DNA of 64,000 nucleotides. Source: Tubiluchus corallicola. Taxonomy: Eukaryota; Animalia; Priapulida. The DNA is taken from NCBI GenBank assembly GCA_030141605.1, contig JAQGDQ010000240.1:168863-232862 (forward strand), given 5' to 3'. Made by a program: the position numbers and the translations under genes. Within the stretch, counting starts at the first letter, position 1, and the number at the start of each line of letters is the position of its first letter. Positions 14,873 to 50,400 of the stretch are shown in pieces. The notes under the pieces were generated by a model. The model searched no databases. It was given only the letters and a program-made list of their open reading frames with translations, and was not told where the DNA came from.

Positions 14873-17800
14873 AAAGAATGAGAACTTATCTGAAACTTGG
14901 ACATTTTAAACGGAAACTTCTTGTTGTGACAACGAGCAATACTTTAGCTATTTTATCTTTCCGAGTTGGTAGATTCAAAATGCAATCTGCCAGAAATTTA
15001 ATCATTTTAAATCATCAGCATAGAAGTAAAATTTATACAATTTTTTACACAGTTTATTAGCGAACCTAGTCTCATTTATGCAGACGGGCTTGAAGACGCG
15101 CAGACAAGCGTGAAGACAACTAGGCAAGTGTGAACGAAAGTTATGCAATAATAATCAAGCAGGCAGTAGAGCGTCGAATTATTTAACGTTATTAAACAAG
15201 CACCATCGTCAATCCACTGATTACAATATGGCGCAAATGACCGGAACCTGTTAGCTTCATAATCTCATCTAATCAAGATGGATTCGCACAGAGTTGAATC
15301 GCTCGAGATCCAGATTGGGGTTAGATCCATAACATGACAACGTATATATCGTATGGCTAGGTCATCCCTACTGTTCACGAATTTACACTTGTGAATATTC
15401 TATTTCTTATAAAGATACACTAAGGAATTATACAATTAGATTTTGTGTTTTTCCACGAGTGTAGTATCCTAAATGTGTACTAAAATATAGAAAAATTCTT
15501 CAAATTTAAACTATCAAAAGAGAATGCGTTTGATGAAAAATAACTGTTCGAGCCTACATTACATCAGTAAACGTAAGTTTGTGCATTTAAGCTAGAAAAC
15601 TTGAGACAAGAGAGAAAATTTATAATAAACATTGTAGTTAGTCTAATCCCGAAATTTTGTGTCGTTCTGCTCACATTCCGTGCAATCTCAAAATCTTATT
15701 TGAAGACTCGAGAAAATTTGGCTATAATAAGTTTAATTAATTGCACATTGGCAAATATATACGACGCATGGCGCGGCTTATACAGCATTTTTCGTAGCAA
15801 ATTTGGTATGTGCCATTTCCACTTAAAATAGTAAACAAGATCAGTACCCTGTCGTTTTATGTGAAAATTATACTCTTTGTTACATGATTCGAACTTTATC
15901 TGCAAGACGTGGAAGACGGCACTTCATAAAAATTTGTGAGTGCATGTATGCTGCAGCTTGCGAATCTCACATGCTGGTAATTCGCCGCGAAAATGTATGT
16001 AACGGATAAATGTGACAGCGGTACATGGTGCATTTAAATTACTGAACAAAAATCAAGTCGCAAATCAGGACTAACAAAATGGAAAACATGCATTTACGGA
16101 CAGAATCTGATGGGTAATGAAAAATGAATGGACCGCAGTTGCGCCACCTGCATTTAAATGAAGTCGAGAAAATCAAAAAAGAAAAACGGAAACATGGTTT
16201 CTTGGAAACAGTCTGAACTTTTTCAGTAAATTTATTCCGCCATCTGAACTTGCCTGGCGTCAATGAATATAAATATGTGGCTGCAAATAAAAGTGTTTTA
16301 CTTTCTAGAGAATTAAGTATATTTACAACTTTGTGCAAAAATCGGTTTCTATAGCACCTCGCTCGTACTCGGTTAAAATAAGTATTCCAAAAATATGAGC
16401 ATCTTATTCGAAAACAACCCGCTTATCAACACTATGCTGCAATGAATTAGGACTGGTGTGACACAAAGCCAAAGACCACGGATAAAAATGATCTAACTAG
16501 CCAGGAGCTTTTACTTTTATCAGTATTCTTTCTTTTTTATATTCACGTCTAAATGAAACACAAACCTTCTAATATAGTTATAAATATGAGCCATGTGCAC
16601 AAAAATTAAATTCTAATAATTCTAAACTGGCTCTGGCATAATAGCTTTTTTCTAGCGAATTGCCAGAGTATGTGAGAGTGGCCACAAATCATTGAATACA
16701 TGAACCTCATAAGTTGTGGGTCGTTCTTGACACCCATTTCCCTTTGTGATTGCATCGCAGACATCAGTCTTTATAAGAACTGCAAACAACGAAAAAAAGC
16801 AATGAAATATTTTCAAAAATTCAAAACGAATCTTCAGCCTCTTTCACCAAAAGGGCCTTTGGACTCTTAACGGAAGATGAAGTGAAACAAAGTGTAACGG
16901 ACTATGGGCAAGTGACTTCATACTCGAGGTTAAGCACTATTATAGTCTGATATCTAAAGACCCACGAGAACAACAGAATTAATCCTGGCGTGCGGATGTT
17001 TTAGCTGGGCAGCTGGAAGCTAGTTGACGGGGGAGCTGACAGACTGGTCGGTTGACTGACTAACTGGCGACTTTATTGGCAGATTGACTGATTCGCTAAC
17101 TAACTGACTTACTAGCTGAGACTGACTGACTGGGTAACCCACCGACCAGCTGACGGCTCTTTGATCGATCTACGAAGACTGACTGATGAGCTTACTGCAG
17201 GTTGTCAGCTAACTTTCTGGTTAGTTTCCCTGATGGTGGATGGACTGAATGAAATAATGAATAGACCAACAAATAAATGAACGAACGAATAAACGAGGAA
17301 CAAACAAATAAAAATATTGTAACGTTTTAACAACAACAACTCTTTTTGCATGCAGACTGCTGAGTAAATTTTAGCTGACTGTGATAGCAGTAATTACATA
17401 TGCAAGTCACAAAGCGTGAAAATTTGAGTTTTCGGAATCATGCATGGATTTCCTATTTTGAATGCTTTCTGAATGATTGCATCATCTCGAATAAGGGTTT
17501 TAGTGCAGAAGCTTTTTGAATACCCACGGCGCAATAAAATAAATTACAATTTTGTTGGCTGACATTTTTCTTCAGTAAAAGGGGAAAGTTCTATACCTGT
17601 TTTCATTTGCATTTAGTCAATAATGAAATGTTTCTGCATTCATTTATTCGTTTTGCATTTTGTTCGTTCATTCATTCATCTAATCGTAAATTTGTTTTTT
17701 TAATATATTCAAACGTTCAATCAATTCTTATTTGGCTACTAGGTCAGTCAGTTAGCCGGTCTGTCTGTCAGATGACGTAAAAATATCATTATAACGTACC

Positions 17801-20800
17801 GTGCTTTTAAAGACGATATCTAAAATTTGCTACAAAGCTATATTTTTATTGAAAGTTAAAAAGCTGTATACAGCTGCACCTCACCTTGGTTACCTTTATC
17901 ACACGTCCAAGTAAAATGTACAAAGTTGTGACGAAAAAACATTCCGAAGAGCATACTTACTTTTGTAGCCGTATTTTGTATAAGTACACGGTCAGCTGTG
18001 TGGCAGTAATTCCGTATGAACTTCGCAAATAACCCCCTAGTTCCTAATTTTACAAATTATCAGTTGAACACACGGTATTTGTTTTACACAATTGTACATG
18101 GTACTTAAGAACAAAAATAAAGAGAGCATCAGAGAAAGCAAACACAAAACTTTCCCTAATTGTGCCTTTGGTGAGTAATTGTCACTTGTAAGAATAATTC
18201 ACTCTGAACTTATATAACAGTCTTCACTAATTCACAAATCAACAAATTATCAACTCCTCACATGCTTTCATTTTGCTTTTACAGAAAGAAAATTAACAGA
18301 CTGAAACATTTAAAAATGATTTGTGTGAGTATTTGTCACTTCGACAGTAATATTCGTCACTAATTCACAAATCCATAAATTATAACCTGCTAATGCGGTT
18401 TTAGTTTGCGCTTCAGCAAAAAATAAACAAAATAAACACGTATAACACACATATCACATCACGAAATGATTTTTGTACTAGATCCCGTGTTAGTTTCCAA
18501 TTCGATGTCCCAGAAAGAACTTCGTGCAGGAAAAGTTGCTAAACCCGAGCGTTGACAACAAGCGCAGCTTCCAGTCAACGCAGCTGGCTTGACCATGGAT
18601 GGCTTCTTCGAGTAGTAGGGAATCAGTTCACTACAGACACGGCTGATTGAGCGCAGATATACCACACTAAGGTGTAGAATAAATGGAACTAATGTTTAGA
18701 ATAACTAGCTGGCTGTTGTGTGCACAACAATGCACACATGCAAACATGCAAGGCTAACTATATTTGAAACTTGATCCTGGCCCAACAAAAGGGCGATGTA
18801 TTCAGAAAAGTTTAAATGCATTTATCGTTTGGATTTTTTATTCTGGAATTGGAGTTTTCGTTAGCTTATTCTACCTAGGAACGCTTCACTTATCATAGAG
18901 ACTTCAAATCAATTCAATTCAATGATCCTCAGAAAATAATCCCCGTATAACAAGTACCCAAAGTGATGAGCTTACCACGCGATGACAGTACAAAAAGCTC
19001 GATGTTTCTCTAATCTTACCTCAGAACCTGACTGAAGGCCGTGTGTGTGTGTGTTTTCTCTAACTAATAAAATTCTTTAATATAGTCACTAGGCAGACTA
19101 TAAAGACAGGAATGTCTCTTCGTTAACTCAGAAAAGTGTATGATTATATTGTATTGCATATCTGCGCCCGTGGACTGCCGAGAATTTTGTGAGACACTTG
19201 TTTTTACTTAGCATGGGCAAACGAATTTTTATAATCAGAATAGTAGCTACGTTAAGCAACCGAAAAACAAGCTCTGCTGATGTTTACACATATGTTTACA
19301 CATGTTCTCAAGACTCAGCCCTCAAGCTGACCATCATATCGCAGAAATGCGTGTTTATACATGTTGCAAAAGCCGTTTATGCAGGTTTTAAAAGAAACCC
19401 TCTAAAAGTCAGCTGCCGTCTAGCGAGCACATAAACCAAGTTTGTTCCAGTACCGACAATATTTGTAGTAGGCTTGCTCGAAGCACAGTTCCAGTCTGAA
19501 TGCAGTAATTCAGCTGAAGAAAAACATTGATATGCCCCTTAATCCATATTTTTGAACATGCAAAATTGCCGGGCTGCAGGCTAGGTCTAGCTCTACATAC
19601 AAGTTCCTTTCTCCATTTCAGCGGACTTTAATCCTCACACTAATCCACCTGTAATCCTGTTACAGCATTCATATTACTGCCTAGATGTAAGACTGAAAAC
19701 CACTTAATTAGCTGTAAGGTTGTACCTGCAAAATAGTACAGCGTTGGAGCTCGGAAGCAAACTAAATAAATAAAATTAAATTCTCAAGCCAATCCGTTGG
19801 CAATTTCTGATCAGGTCTACGTGGTCTCTTGAGGGTGATTTTAATGTGGAGAAACGACTAACGAATCCATACCTAAGTCTTGTCGACTGCATTAAATTGG
19901 TCATTGGTTTTCAATCTAGGCGTGCTTGCCTATAGATCCGAAATCCTCAATGTGAGATGTTTGGTGACTGGTGAGTAGTTGAGTGGTTTACTTAATCAGA
20001 CTACGCTGTTTCTGAGGTCAATCACAATAATTTATTTTTGTTGCTTGGAACTTTCATAGGTGTTACTACTCGACATAGCGTTGCGTTTCGACGTGGTCAG
20101 TCTACCATTAATCATCATTATCGTCGTTGTCGTCGGCTTAATTATAATCATCCTTATAATCATCGTCAGCATCATCATCGCCGTCCCTCTCTCCTTTCAG
20201 CAAAATGCAGCATGTTCTCATAAATCACTCAATTTCGAGTGTCATAACGAGCTTAAGCTATGACGGCGGTGAGCAGTTCTTTATGGTAAGTCTAATGCTT
20301 ATCTAAGTGCAGCTTGATTGCAGACGCTTAACTAACTACTAACTCGTTGCAGCTTTACCGTGATTTTATTTAGACATTTACATGGTCGTCGCGATTTTTC
20401 AAGCAACATTTTCCCGAGCCCCTTCTGCCCTAATTGCCATAGCGTCTGACAGATTTTCGATTTTTAGAAGATTTGTGTGACATCAATACATCATTAAGCA
20501 CCGATTCTCATACTGGCAATTCGAATTTTTCACAAAAATCACTTTAATCATCGGACCACAGGAAATGCACCCTTGAGAATGAAGTTTGTAACGATTAATG
20601 GGCGTTGGAAACTGAATATTAAAACTGTGATAGAGCTCTGTGTTGTACTAAAAATTTGTTATTTTGTGCTAATTAATGAAAGAGAACTTATAGTTGGAAA
20701 GTTTTCCATGTGGTAAACTGTTGTAGTCGTTCTGCGGAAAGATAGAAACGCGTGTACCAACTTTATCTACCCTGTATCAAGAAATGGTTGCTGGAAAAAA

Positions 20801-22750
20801 CAGAAGGAATGATTTATGAAAATGCAAGTTAAACAGTGTTGCAAACTAAATGAAAAAACTATTTTCATAAAAGAATGCTGCTAACGCGAGTGAGATTTAA
20901 AATAAATGGCACTCTTAAAAGACATTATACTTATTATTAAACCATAAACATGAAAAACAAAAGCGCATAATATACATCATTACAGACTATGTAGAACTAA
21001 ATAAATATAACTTAATTCACGTAATTCATTTTTGCCCGAATAGCCGGTTAAAATAGCTAGTATCACGGAACTTATATTACTTCGGAAAACTTACAGTTCT
21101 ACACTTAAAAACTGTCAATAAATTTTGTGCAATTAAAAGGGATTAAAAATATTCCTAATACATAAATTAGTCCAGTCAAGTCCATGGGCAGCAACACACT
21201 TGAGCAACAAACGCTTGAGCAGTGACACTTGAGAGTGGACACTTTAGCTGTAGACATTTGCGCAGTGCACACAGGGTTAGGGTAACTGCGGGAGCATAAT
21301 TATTTTAGTTATCTTTACCTCTGCCAAGGAAGCTATGCTTCAGCGTTGTTTGTTTGGTTGTTTTTTATCTGTCATATAGCAGTAAGCCTGTTAAGCTGAA
21401 ACTACTTAACAGATTTCTATGAAACTATGTGGAGAAGGGAAGTACAGGAAGAGATAGGTGCTTTATGACGCAGATTCCTGGATAGAAGTAGGCTAAAATG
21501 GACGCTTTTTACCCGTTCTTGTTTTTGTCACACAAGTTGAACCAACACCACGCACAAAAAACATTCGTGAAGTACTTCGTGAAGATCTCAGACCTTGGCA
21601 GAAATCTCCTTCGCCCTGCATGAGCACATTCTATTTTATCATATAATTTATTTGCATTAAAATAACTTGTACCATTTTTTCCTAATTTTCCATTTGCCCT
21701 ATTTTTAACTGTGCGATTTTTTTCATGTACCATTTTTACCTGTGACTATTTTACCGTGCAATTTTTCCCTGTGCCATTTTACCTACATTCCCAACATCCT
21801 TGCTAATCTACTTAATACCTACAAAGTAGCTTACCTGCATATATATATTATACCCATTTATTTATACCCACATAGGTAGATAGGTATAACACAAAGTAAA
21901 ATAGAATTACATACTTCTTGTTGTTGTAGTTCACTTCATCAAACTGAGGATTCGGTGAATCACAAGCCAGCGTGAAAACGTAATTTAGGACTATTACTGA
22001 TTATGTCCTAAAGCTACATCAACTGTCTTGTGTCTGTAAAAGAATGTTTTTGCAGACAAGGCGGACTATCGTAAAACAGTCAAATTCTAAACAAAGTGTG
22101 AGGACGGAGGAAAATTTAGAGTTAGCAAAATGAGTCGGTACTGAGCTGCTAGAAGTCTAAGCCTCTGCCACTAAGCGATAGATGGCGCAACGATCTTATG
22201 CGTAAATTAACGGCGGTAAAATTATATTGAATAAATTTTGCATCTTATTCTGTGTTGAAGTTTATAAACGTGCTTTAATAACTAAACAAGTAAAAATTCT
22301 CCAATGGTAATACTTACGTCAGTTTTAATTATTTGTTTAGCTAAGACAGCAGTGCACATGTGTAAGTTGTTTTCTGGGAGGAGTACGCAAAAATTTTACT
22401 TAAAAATTATAATAAAGAGAACTTTAAATTTTTCATTTCATAAAAAGTAAGACAAAAACATTGGCTGTCTTTTTTATCATCATTTTATTTTATGACATTT
22501 ATGTAAGCTGCGTATCCTAATAAATCTCGGTGGCTATTTTGTTCGTAATCGAAAAGAGTTACTTGTCAGTTTTCTTACTAAACGTGGCAAATCGAACAGT
22601 TACGACTTGTAGTCATAAGTTTACTCTAATGACAAAATTAACACTATTTTTTTAAAATTCAAAGATAAGTTAAATAATAGAGAGTATAATATCGCACTTG
22701 AAATTAAGTTAAATTAAATACAACTAAACAACTTGTCATGACTGTGCAGT

Positions 22751-23187
22751 TAGGGTTACCATACGTCCGGGTTTCCCCGGACACGTCCTCTTTTTGGGCC
22801 TCTGTCCGAGCGGGTTTTCAGAAAATCGGCAGTTTGTCCGGGTTTTGCCTCAATCCGTAAGTATGTACGGACGTTGCCAACTACAGCGGCATACGACAGT
22901 ACGAGACAAAGAAAAGCTGGTTAATTTTCAATACAAGATGTTGCTAACATCTCAAAGTGCAACCCTAGTAAAGCTTTGTGTACATGTTTACTGAACAAAA
23001 GTAAGCGATGCACACATCACTATGGGTCACACGACTCACACCGCTGTCGATACTCGGCGTATTCGAACCGAACATCTGAAAGAATACTGCGAATTTGTTG
23101 AAGTGGATGACCTAGACTGGTGATTTTGGCCTACTTACAAGTGTGCAAAAAAACTTCTTTTTCAACTCAGACAATATGGTAACCCTA
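22751..23187. mobile_element. Non-autonomous hAT-type MITE
   Basis: TIR TAGGGTTACCATA ... TATGGTAACCCTA; perfect 8-bp TSD TGTGCAGT at 22743-22750 and 23188-23195. Confidence 0.9.
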
Positions 23188-23681
23188 TGTGCAGTAAAAA
23201 CCTGAAATTTTGCAAAATGCATTTCCAAGTAGTTAGAGGGTTTTTAAACACAGGATACTGCGTTTTCATAGTATGCAGATATCTGTAGGCGGTGACATTA
23301 GCTACAGCAGTTGCAGTAACTGTGACAGGTGCAACTGACATGATACGGCGATGGATTTGACGAGATTTCTTGCTATAACTTTTAACACTGAACTGAAAAA
23401 CTGAAATCCAATGGCAATTAAGTGTGATAATTTAAAGCAATATAGATTAAGATGTTTAGTTTTAATTAAAACTAAATGATGCACATCGGCAAAAGAGGTT
23501 TTTCCTGGAAGATTTTTTTTTATAAGTTATTAAAATGGGCATTAAAAACTCTCTATCAAATAAAATTTATCAGATAACAACAACTGGAAACGACAACTGT
23601 CACGATGCCAAGGTGGCAGCATTTTTTGCAGGCATTCAGTATAATAATGAATAAAAATTAAAATCTGTATCAATGAGGTAG

Positions 23682-23731
<50 letters not shown>

Positions 23732-24474
23732 GATTACATTGGAGCAGCTATGCCCTTCTAGTTTTTTTGTTTGAATTTCGCTGCTATGGAACAAAAATGT
23801 ATTCATTTAATTAAATATTTAGCTTAAAAACAAATCGGTTTGCTTGCCAATTTGCCATTAACTTCAAAATGTGTGTCAAAATAACCTTGTGTCCAAAATA
23901 GCTGTGTTCGAAATAGCCTGCGTGTCCAAATAACCTATGCGTCCAAATATCTTGTGGCAAAACGTCCTATGTAAAACTGTCTGTGTCAAAATATTTGTAT
24001 ACCATCTCTTTAGCCAAAAGACTTGCTAAATTAAAGATTAGACAAACCAGTCTTATGAAATAATTCGAATATGAAATCCTCTGATTACAATAAAGAGGAA
24101 TAGCTGTTTGTTCACAGTGACTGTGTGTATATAATAGTTATATTTTCACTCAAATGGATGGCATTGATGGGTGACAACTGAGAAATTGCTTCCCTGTGTT
24201 TCCAGTTGCTGGCTTGCAGAGCGCCAGCTGAAAAAATATTTACTGTTCTGTGCGCGTAAAAGCTGAAAAAAGCTGAAGAGTTTCTCTGGCAAACTTGCGA
24301 CCTTATCCACAAGCAACAAAGATTTACTCTATTTGACTAGTAATAAAACCTTAATGACCATACTTAATCACTTTTTTCTCTTTAACCTCAATTTAGGCAG
24401 CTATACTACACTGCTTTTATCTAGCTAGCATACGTATTTACCACTTATAAGTGTTCTCTTATCTTATACTTTAG

Positions 24475-45329
<20,855 letters not shown>

Positions 45330-45780
45330 CAGCAGCAAAATTGGTAAATTTAATTGCTTTTTTTAATTTCCATTGCAAAATTAACATATCAATCACATGA
45401 ATCTGTATAAATGTAAGATATTATTTAATGATGTTTGATGATTATTTTATGGTTAGCCATAAGCTTGTACATAGTTCTGTAATTTTGCTTTTAATATTAG
45501 AAGACTTATTTTGCATATCTAGTTCATACCACAATTCACATTCCTTTTTTCATTTCCTATAGAAGGTATTGCTTCATTTATGATTCTTCATGCATGCAAC
45601 GTTTTGCTGGAAGGCAGTAGCACCAGTAAGCGAGGCTTACTGTATTTATTAACAGATAATAAAAAAATTTACACATCGTTTATTATCATTTAGCTTACTC
45701 GCTTTTACTTGGTGAACTAATATTGGAATTTGACATTACTAACATGAATAAGCTTACAAACACAATGACACAAATACATA

Positions 45781-46600
45781 CAGTCGAATACCAGTAATAT
45801 GATTCGGATTATAACGAAACTCTCAGTAGTAAGATGATTTTATTATGTCCCTGCCAAGGTTATAATAAAACCTATGTAATCACTTACGGTTAATACGAAA
45901 CCCCATTTTATACGGCGATTTCTCAAAGTCCCAATATGAGTTCAATATATAAAAACGCTCCTAATCCGATTTCTGCTGTGACCCACCCTGTTTAGGCACT
46001 TCCTCCAGGTGCCAATGGTGCCCATAGCTTAGTTGATTCTTTTTCAACTCATGCGTCATAACATGTACATGTACATGCGTCATGTACAGTATCATGGTTA
46101 AACCTGTTGTTCATTTAATCAGTCAACTGCTTAGATTTAAATGCCATGCAGTCAAACTATTGATGTCCAAAAAGATTTCTGCTTCCCACTTTGATAAAAA
46201 TTTGCAATCGTACATGTGTAGTTTAAATCACCTGTATCTGTTACTGCCGGCTGCTTACAGGTATCCAATTATACATAATAACAAAGGAGCAAATAATCAC
46301 ATACCGCAGACTCTGGCACTACTAAACCTCTTGCTTGCAGGCATGTTTCTACTAGACTGACTATTAGCGTGTTGTTTGTAATTTGTACTTGTGGGAAAAG
46401 GGGTTACACAAGCTTAAGTTATGTTCACTGATCAAAAGATAACCAATGTAGAGACTACAGGCGTCATATAATTGCTATATTACATTAAAAATAACATTAG
46501 GAGCTAATAAAAATGTACGTTTTGGATAGTGCAAAATATGCTTAATGCGAAAAAATATCTAGGTCCCGAGAAAATTGTATTCGGTACCAGGATTCGACTT
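45781..46600. mobile_element. Old Tc1/mariner (pogo/Tigger-like) MITE between RECQL4 and the GS-like gene
   Basis: TA|CAGTCGAATACCAGTA ... TACCAGGATTCGACTT|TA imperfect TIRs with TA flanks. Confidence 0.55.
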
Positions 46601-47455
46601 TATGTGAAACACTAACCTTAACGATAAAATGGTAAAAAAATCACTGAAATGTAATACTTTTTTGCTGATATTAATTTCACAGTTCACTACAGAATGCTTC
46701 TACATCACTGTAATGATGTAACTATGATTATCACAGGAAGATTTGGTAGTTCTGTTCTTAGTTCTTTTATGATGTTAAAGCTCAAGAAAACACTATACTT
46801 GCACAAAACAAAAAAATTCTCTTGACATCTTGTATCACTTTCATACTGTCTTATTATAGTTTTGAATGATTTACAAATGCATAAAACTTCAAAGTTTAAA
46901 CTCTGGCAATAGCCGTTAGATACAGCCATTTTAACAATAACTCATCTGAAACATGTTTAGATAACTTTGCGTAAAGTTCAAAAAATAATCGCAGCATTCG
47001 TAGTGCTCACTTAACTAAGTAAGCAAAGCCTAACTTGCTGTAGGGTATAGTGGGGTAATATCGACCATCGGCTAATGCTGGCCATCCAATTTTTATATAC
47101 TCAGGTCACATGACTTAGACTGGCTTTTTATAAAATAATTAAAATATTTATAAAATATTAACGTAAATACAAAGTAAATCATTGAAAAAATCTAAATGTG
47201 GCCAACATTACTCCAGTAAGATTAATAGCACATTTTGTGGTTGGACCAGTGACGTTTCTGGTGGACACGAAGACAGTGAAACAATGCCAGCAGACGTAAA
47301 CATTTAAATTATTAAGAATTTTCTTCTTCAGTTACATAATTATGTCTTTTAAACAGGTCTTTCATGATGCAAATATAATTTAGTGTGGAATTTATATAAC
47401 ATCCAGTCATCCACCATTAAAAACTGTACTGCTTTAGTAGAACAGATTAGAGAAC

Positions 47456-50400
47456 TCAACAGTTAATGAACCTGTTCCACTCCCAAGTTGAGACTTGTTG
47501 CATATAAGCGGCCCATTCTTGAGCTTTTAACTTCTGAAATGCAGTGACAAAGTCACTACCAAAGGCTGCAGACAGATATGTGTCGTGTTCAAGTTCCCGT
47601 AAAGCATCTAGCAGATTGGTAGGCAGTGTATCGAGGCTTGCATCATGCTGCTTCAGAGAATTAGTATCACGCCACAACAGCTCTGAATCTGAAATCAAGG
47701 CAAAAATTAAATGCACCATATTCTATGTTCAAAATTTTGAATCACAGCTGTAATATATTAGAGAGAGTTGATTAGTGAACAGTGACTTTGTAAAAAATTT
47801 TAACAAATCCGATCAACCACCAATCAGAAAACATCAAGGTTAAATCCTGAGCAGAGGAACATTTTTTATTTTGGAATGCTAATTACCACCTGTAGTGGGA
47901 GCTGAGAAAAAATTACAAAATCCAGTTTATTTAGTATTGATGGAAACTCTGCTATAAGTGTACTGACTTTAGCAAAGCTGATTTTGGCACCACTCAATGC
48001 CATCAATGACCTTAATTGCACTTAATGACTGCAAATTTTATGTGTGTGTGAACCCTTTTCTTAACATTCACAGTACTGCACAACTTCCTGGCCCATTTTT
48101 AACTACAAGCTATGGGAGGCCATTACAAGTACACACCAACAGAATCATTTGTTTTTAATGAAGTTGTTACTTATCACTTGCAGATTCCAATTCCTGTGTT
48201 TAAGAGCAACAAGTTTAAAGGTAGAGGCTTTAGAAAATTATTTGCATACTTAATTTACTCTGTATTCCATGTCGTCCCGCAGCAGCAATGCCCGCACACA
48301 GCAAGTACGGATTAGCTGCTCCATCAGGAAACCTCAGTTCTATGCGATGACCATCTGGGATACGGATAATGTGTGTTCTATTGTTTCCAGTATAGGATAT
48401 GGTTTTTGGGCGTGGCCCATTTCCAAGTGAAGGCCATTGAAGCCTAGAAGTTAAAACACTTGTAACGACTTTCACAAGTTGTAGAGTTAAAATCAATTTA
48501 CAAGTAAATTCTCATTTATTTACACATTCCCATTACAAAAAAGCTTAATTCTTTTAGTCACCCTAAGAATGAAAACATTTAGCCACATTGTTGCAATGAT
48601 ATTATCAAACCATATCAATTTGCTAGAAAAGGGGGTTTTGCAACACCAGAGAAAAATGTTAATTATAATATCTCATCTTGCCTGAAAGAAGTAATGACTC
48701 AAGTCATACATTCCTGTGACTGCCACCTAGTTATTTTCATAATGGTTATTTAGCTAAATATGACAAGTACAGTATTTTCTCACTTCTGAACTTTGGAAGA
48801 GCTGCGTCAATGTTTGGAGCTTTATATGTACATTTTCTCTTGTGTCTTATATAATTTGTTATCTACAAACAAAAATCCAACACACAAATACAGTACCTGT
48901 TTAATTTTAAATGATTGTGGAGTGATTGGAATCTAGGTCACTATCGAGATTAATTTTCTGAGATTGGTACTGTTCGGATGTCTATACATCTTTCCCAAAA
49001 GGATAAATAGTCGTGGGCAGCAAAATAAGTGAACTGAAATCATTTTTGCAAACCAACTACTAAAAATACTGGAGACTTTAACATGCATGCTACACAAAAT
49101 TTTTTTGCTTTATTTGAACTACTTTTCACGGGTTTTTAACATCTAGGAGAAAGGAAAAGGTAACTGGATACATGCTACTAAAACCGCTAATTTCAGTTTC
49201 GGTAATGTCACTGCCACTAAGAAAGCTACTTCAGGGCAGTATCACCAATCTTACTGCCCATGGCTATTTATCTTTTTGGGGAAAATACTATGGAAAATTT
49301 CGGCTATGAACTTAATACATTTCGACAAAAACGAAAGTGCAATTATTAGTAACAAGTTTGTTTAGTAGTCAGTCATTTGTATACACATTTACTTAAAACT
49401 TATACCTGATTCATTTTAAGCTATTAATTTAAAATATATTTAATAGAAGACAGGCGCATCTCTAAAATAAAAATACCGTTTGTAACTGTTCACCGTCGGA
49501 CAAAACAATGCAGTCAGTGCTTTGGCATGGTGCAGGATCCCACCGATAAAATTATGTCCTAATTGTGACAGCCCACATTTACCATCAGAATCCAAGAAAT
49601 CATTTGCAAGCCTTCCACAGTTTGCATCTATTTTCCACAAGGACGCATGTACATGCATGCCATTTCCTGTTAAGTCAAGTGCAAAATGTAGCTATTAATA
49701 ATTTCTAAAAGTTCAATGCTTTTGATAAATGTAATCAAATGTGAACATGCTGCACTGCCTGCATGGCTTATGTGACAAAAAAGTTAACATTCGTTACCAA
49801 CAAAATATACTTTTAAGCTGAGCAATTTGTGAATTGTGGCAAGAATAATGAAGACCAAAAAATTAATGTTTGCAAATCATCTATACCTTACTTCTGGATA
49901 TGAGTGTTTTAAACAGATAAAACTAAAAATAATAAAACAGTAAAAAAATAAGTTATTTTCCCAGCATTATTCACAATAAACCACGCGTACCTGCCAAATG
50001 ACTGAAAGGCTTTGGCATAAATGTAGCCTGCAATCCATACTTCTCAGCTATCTCCTGCAATAGGCAACACCGTACTTCAATTTGACTAGATATAAATGTT
50101 GAATGTGAAGTGTACCCAAGATCATATGTTTTAAAGTTTTATAAAACTTTACATAATTGTAAATATCTTAAATAGACAAAAAGGCAGAAAAGTAAAACAA
50201 TCACACAATTTTCTGACAACCACTATTAAATAACCAAAAAGAAATCTTATATATGATTAATTGCAAAAGCCTGCCTAAATAATACAGAAATATTTCTACC
50301 TTAACCATGAACTTGAAGAGTACCGTTCTATCTGCTGTTGTAAGTGCATCATCGTACTCCCAACAGAATTCATATTGCCCATTATCATGTTCATGATCCA

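Noticed and set aside
23870-24000. Short spaced repeats (GTGTCCAAAATA-like; similar arrays at 21190-21270, 21670-21790 and 54795-54870) resembling a CRISPR array
   Set aside because: Degenerate minisatellite-like units without unique spacers, no cas genes, eukaryotic context
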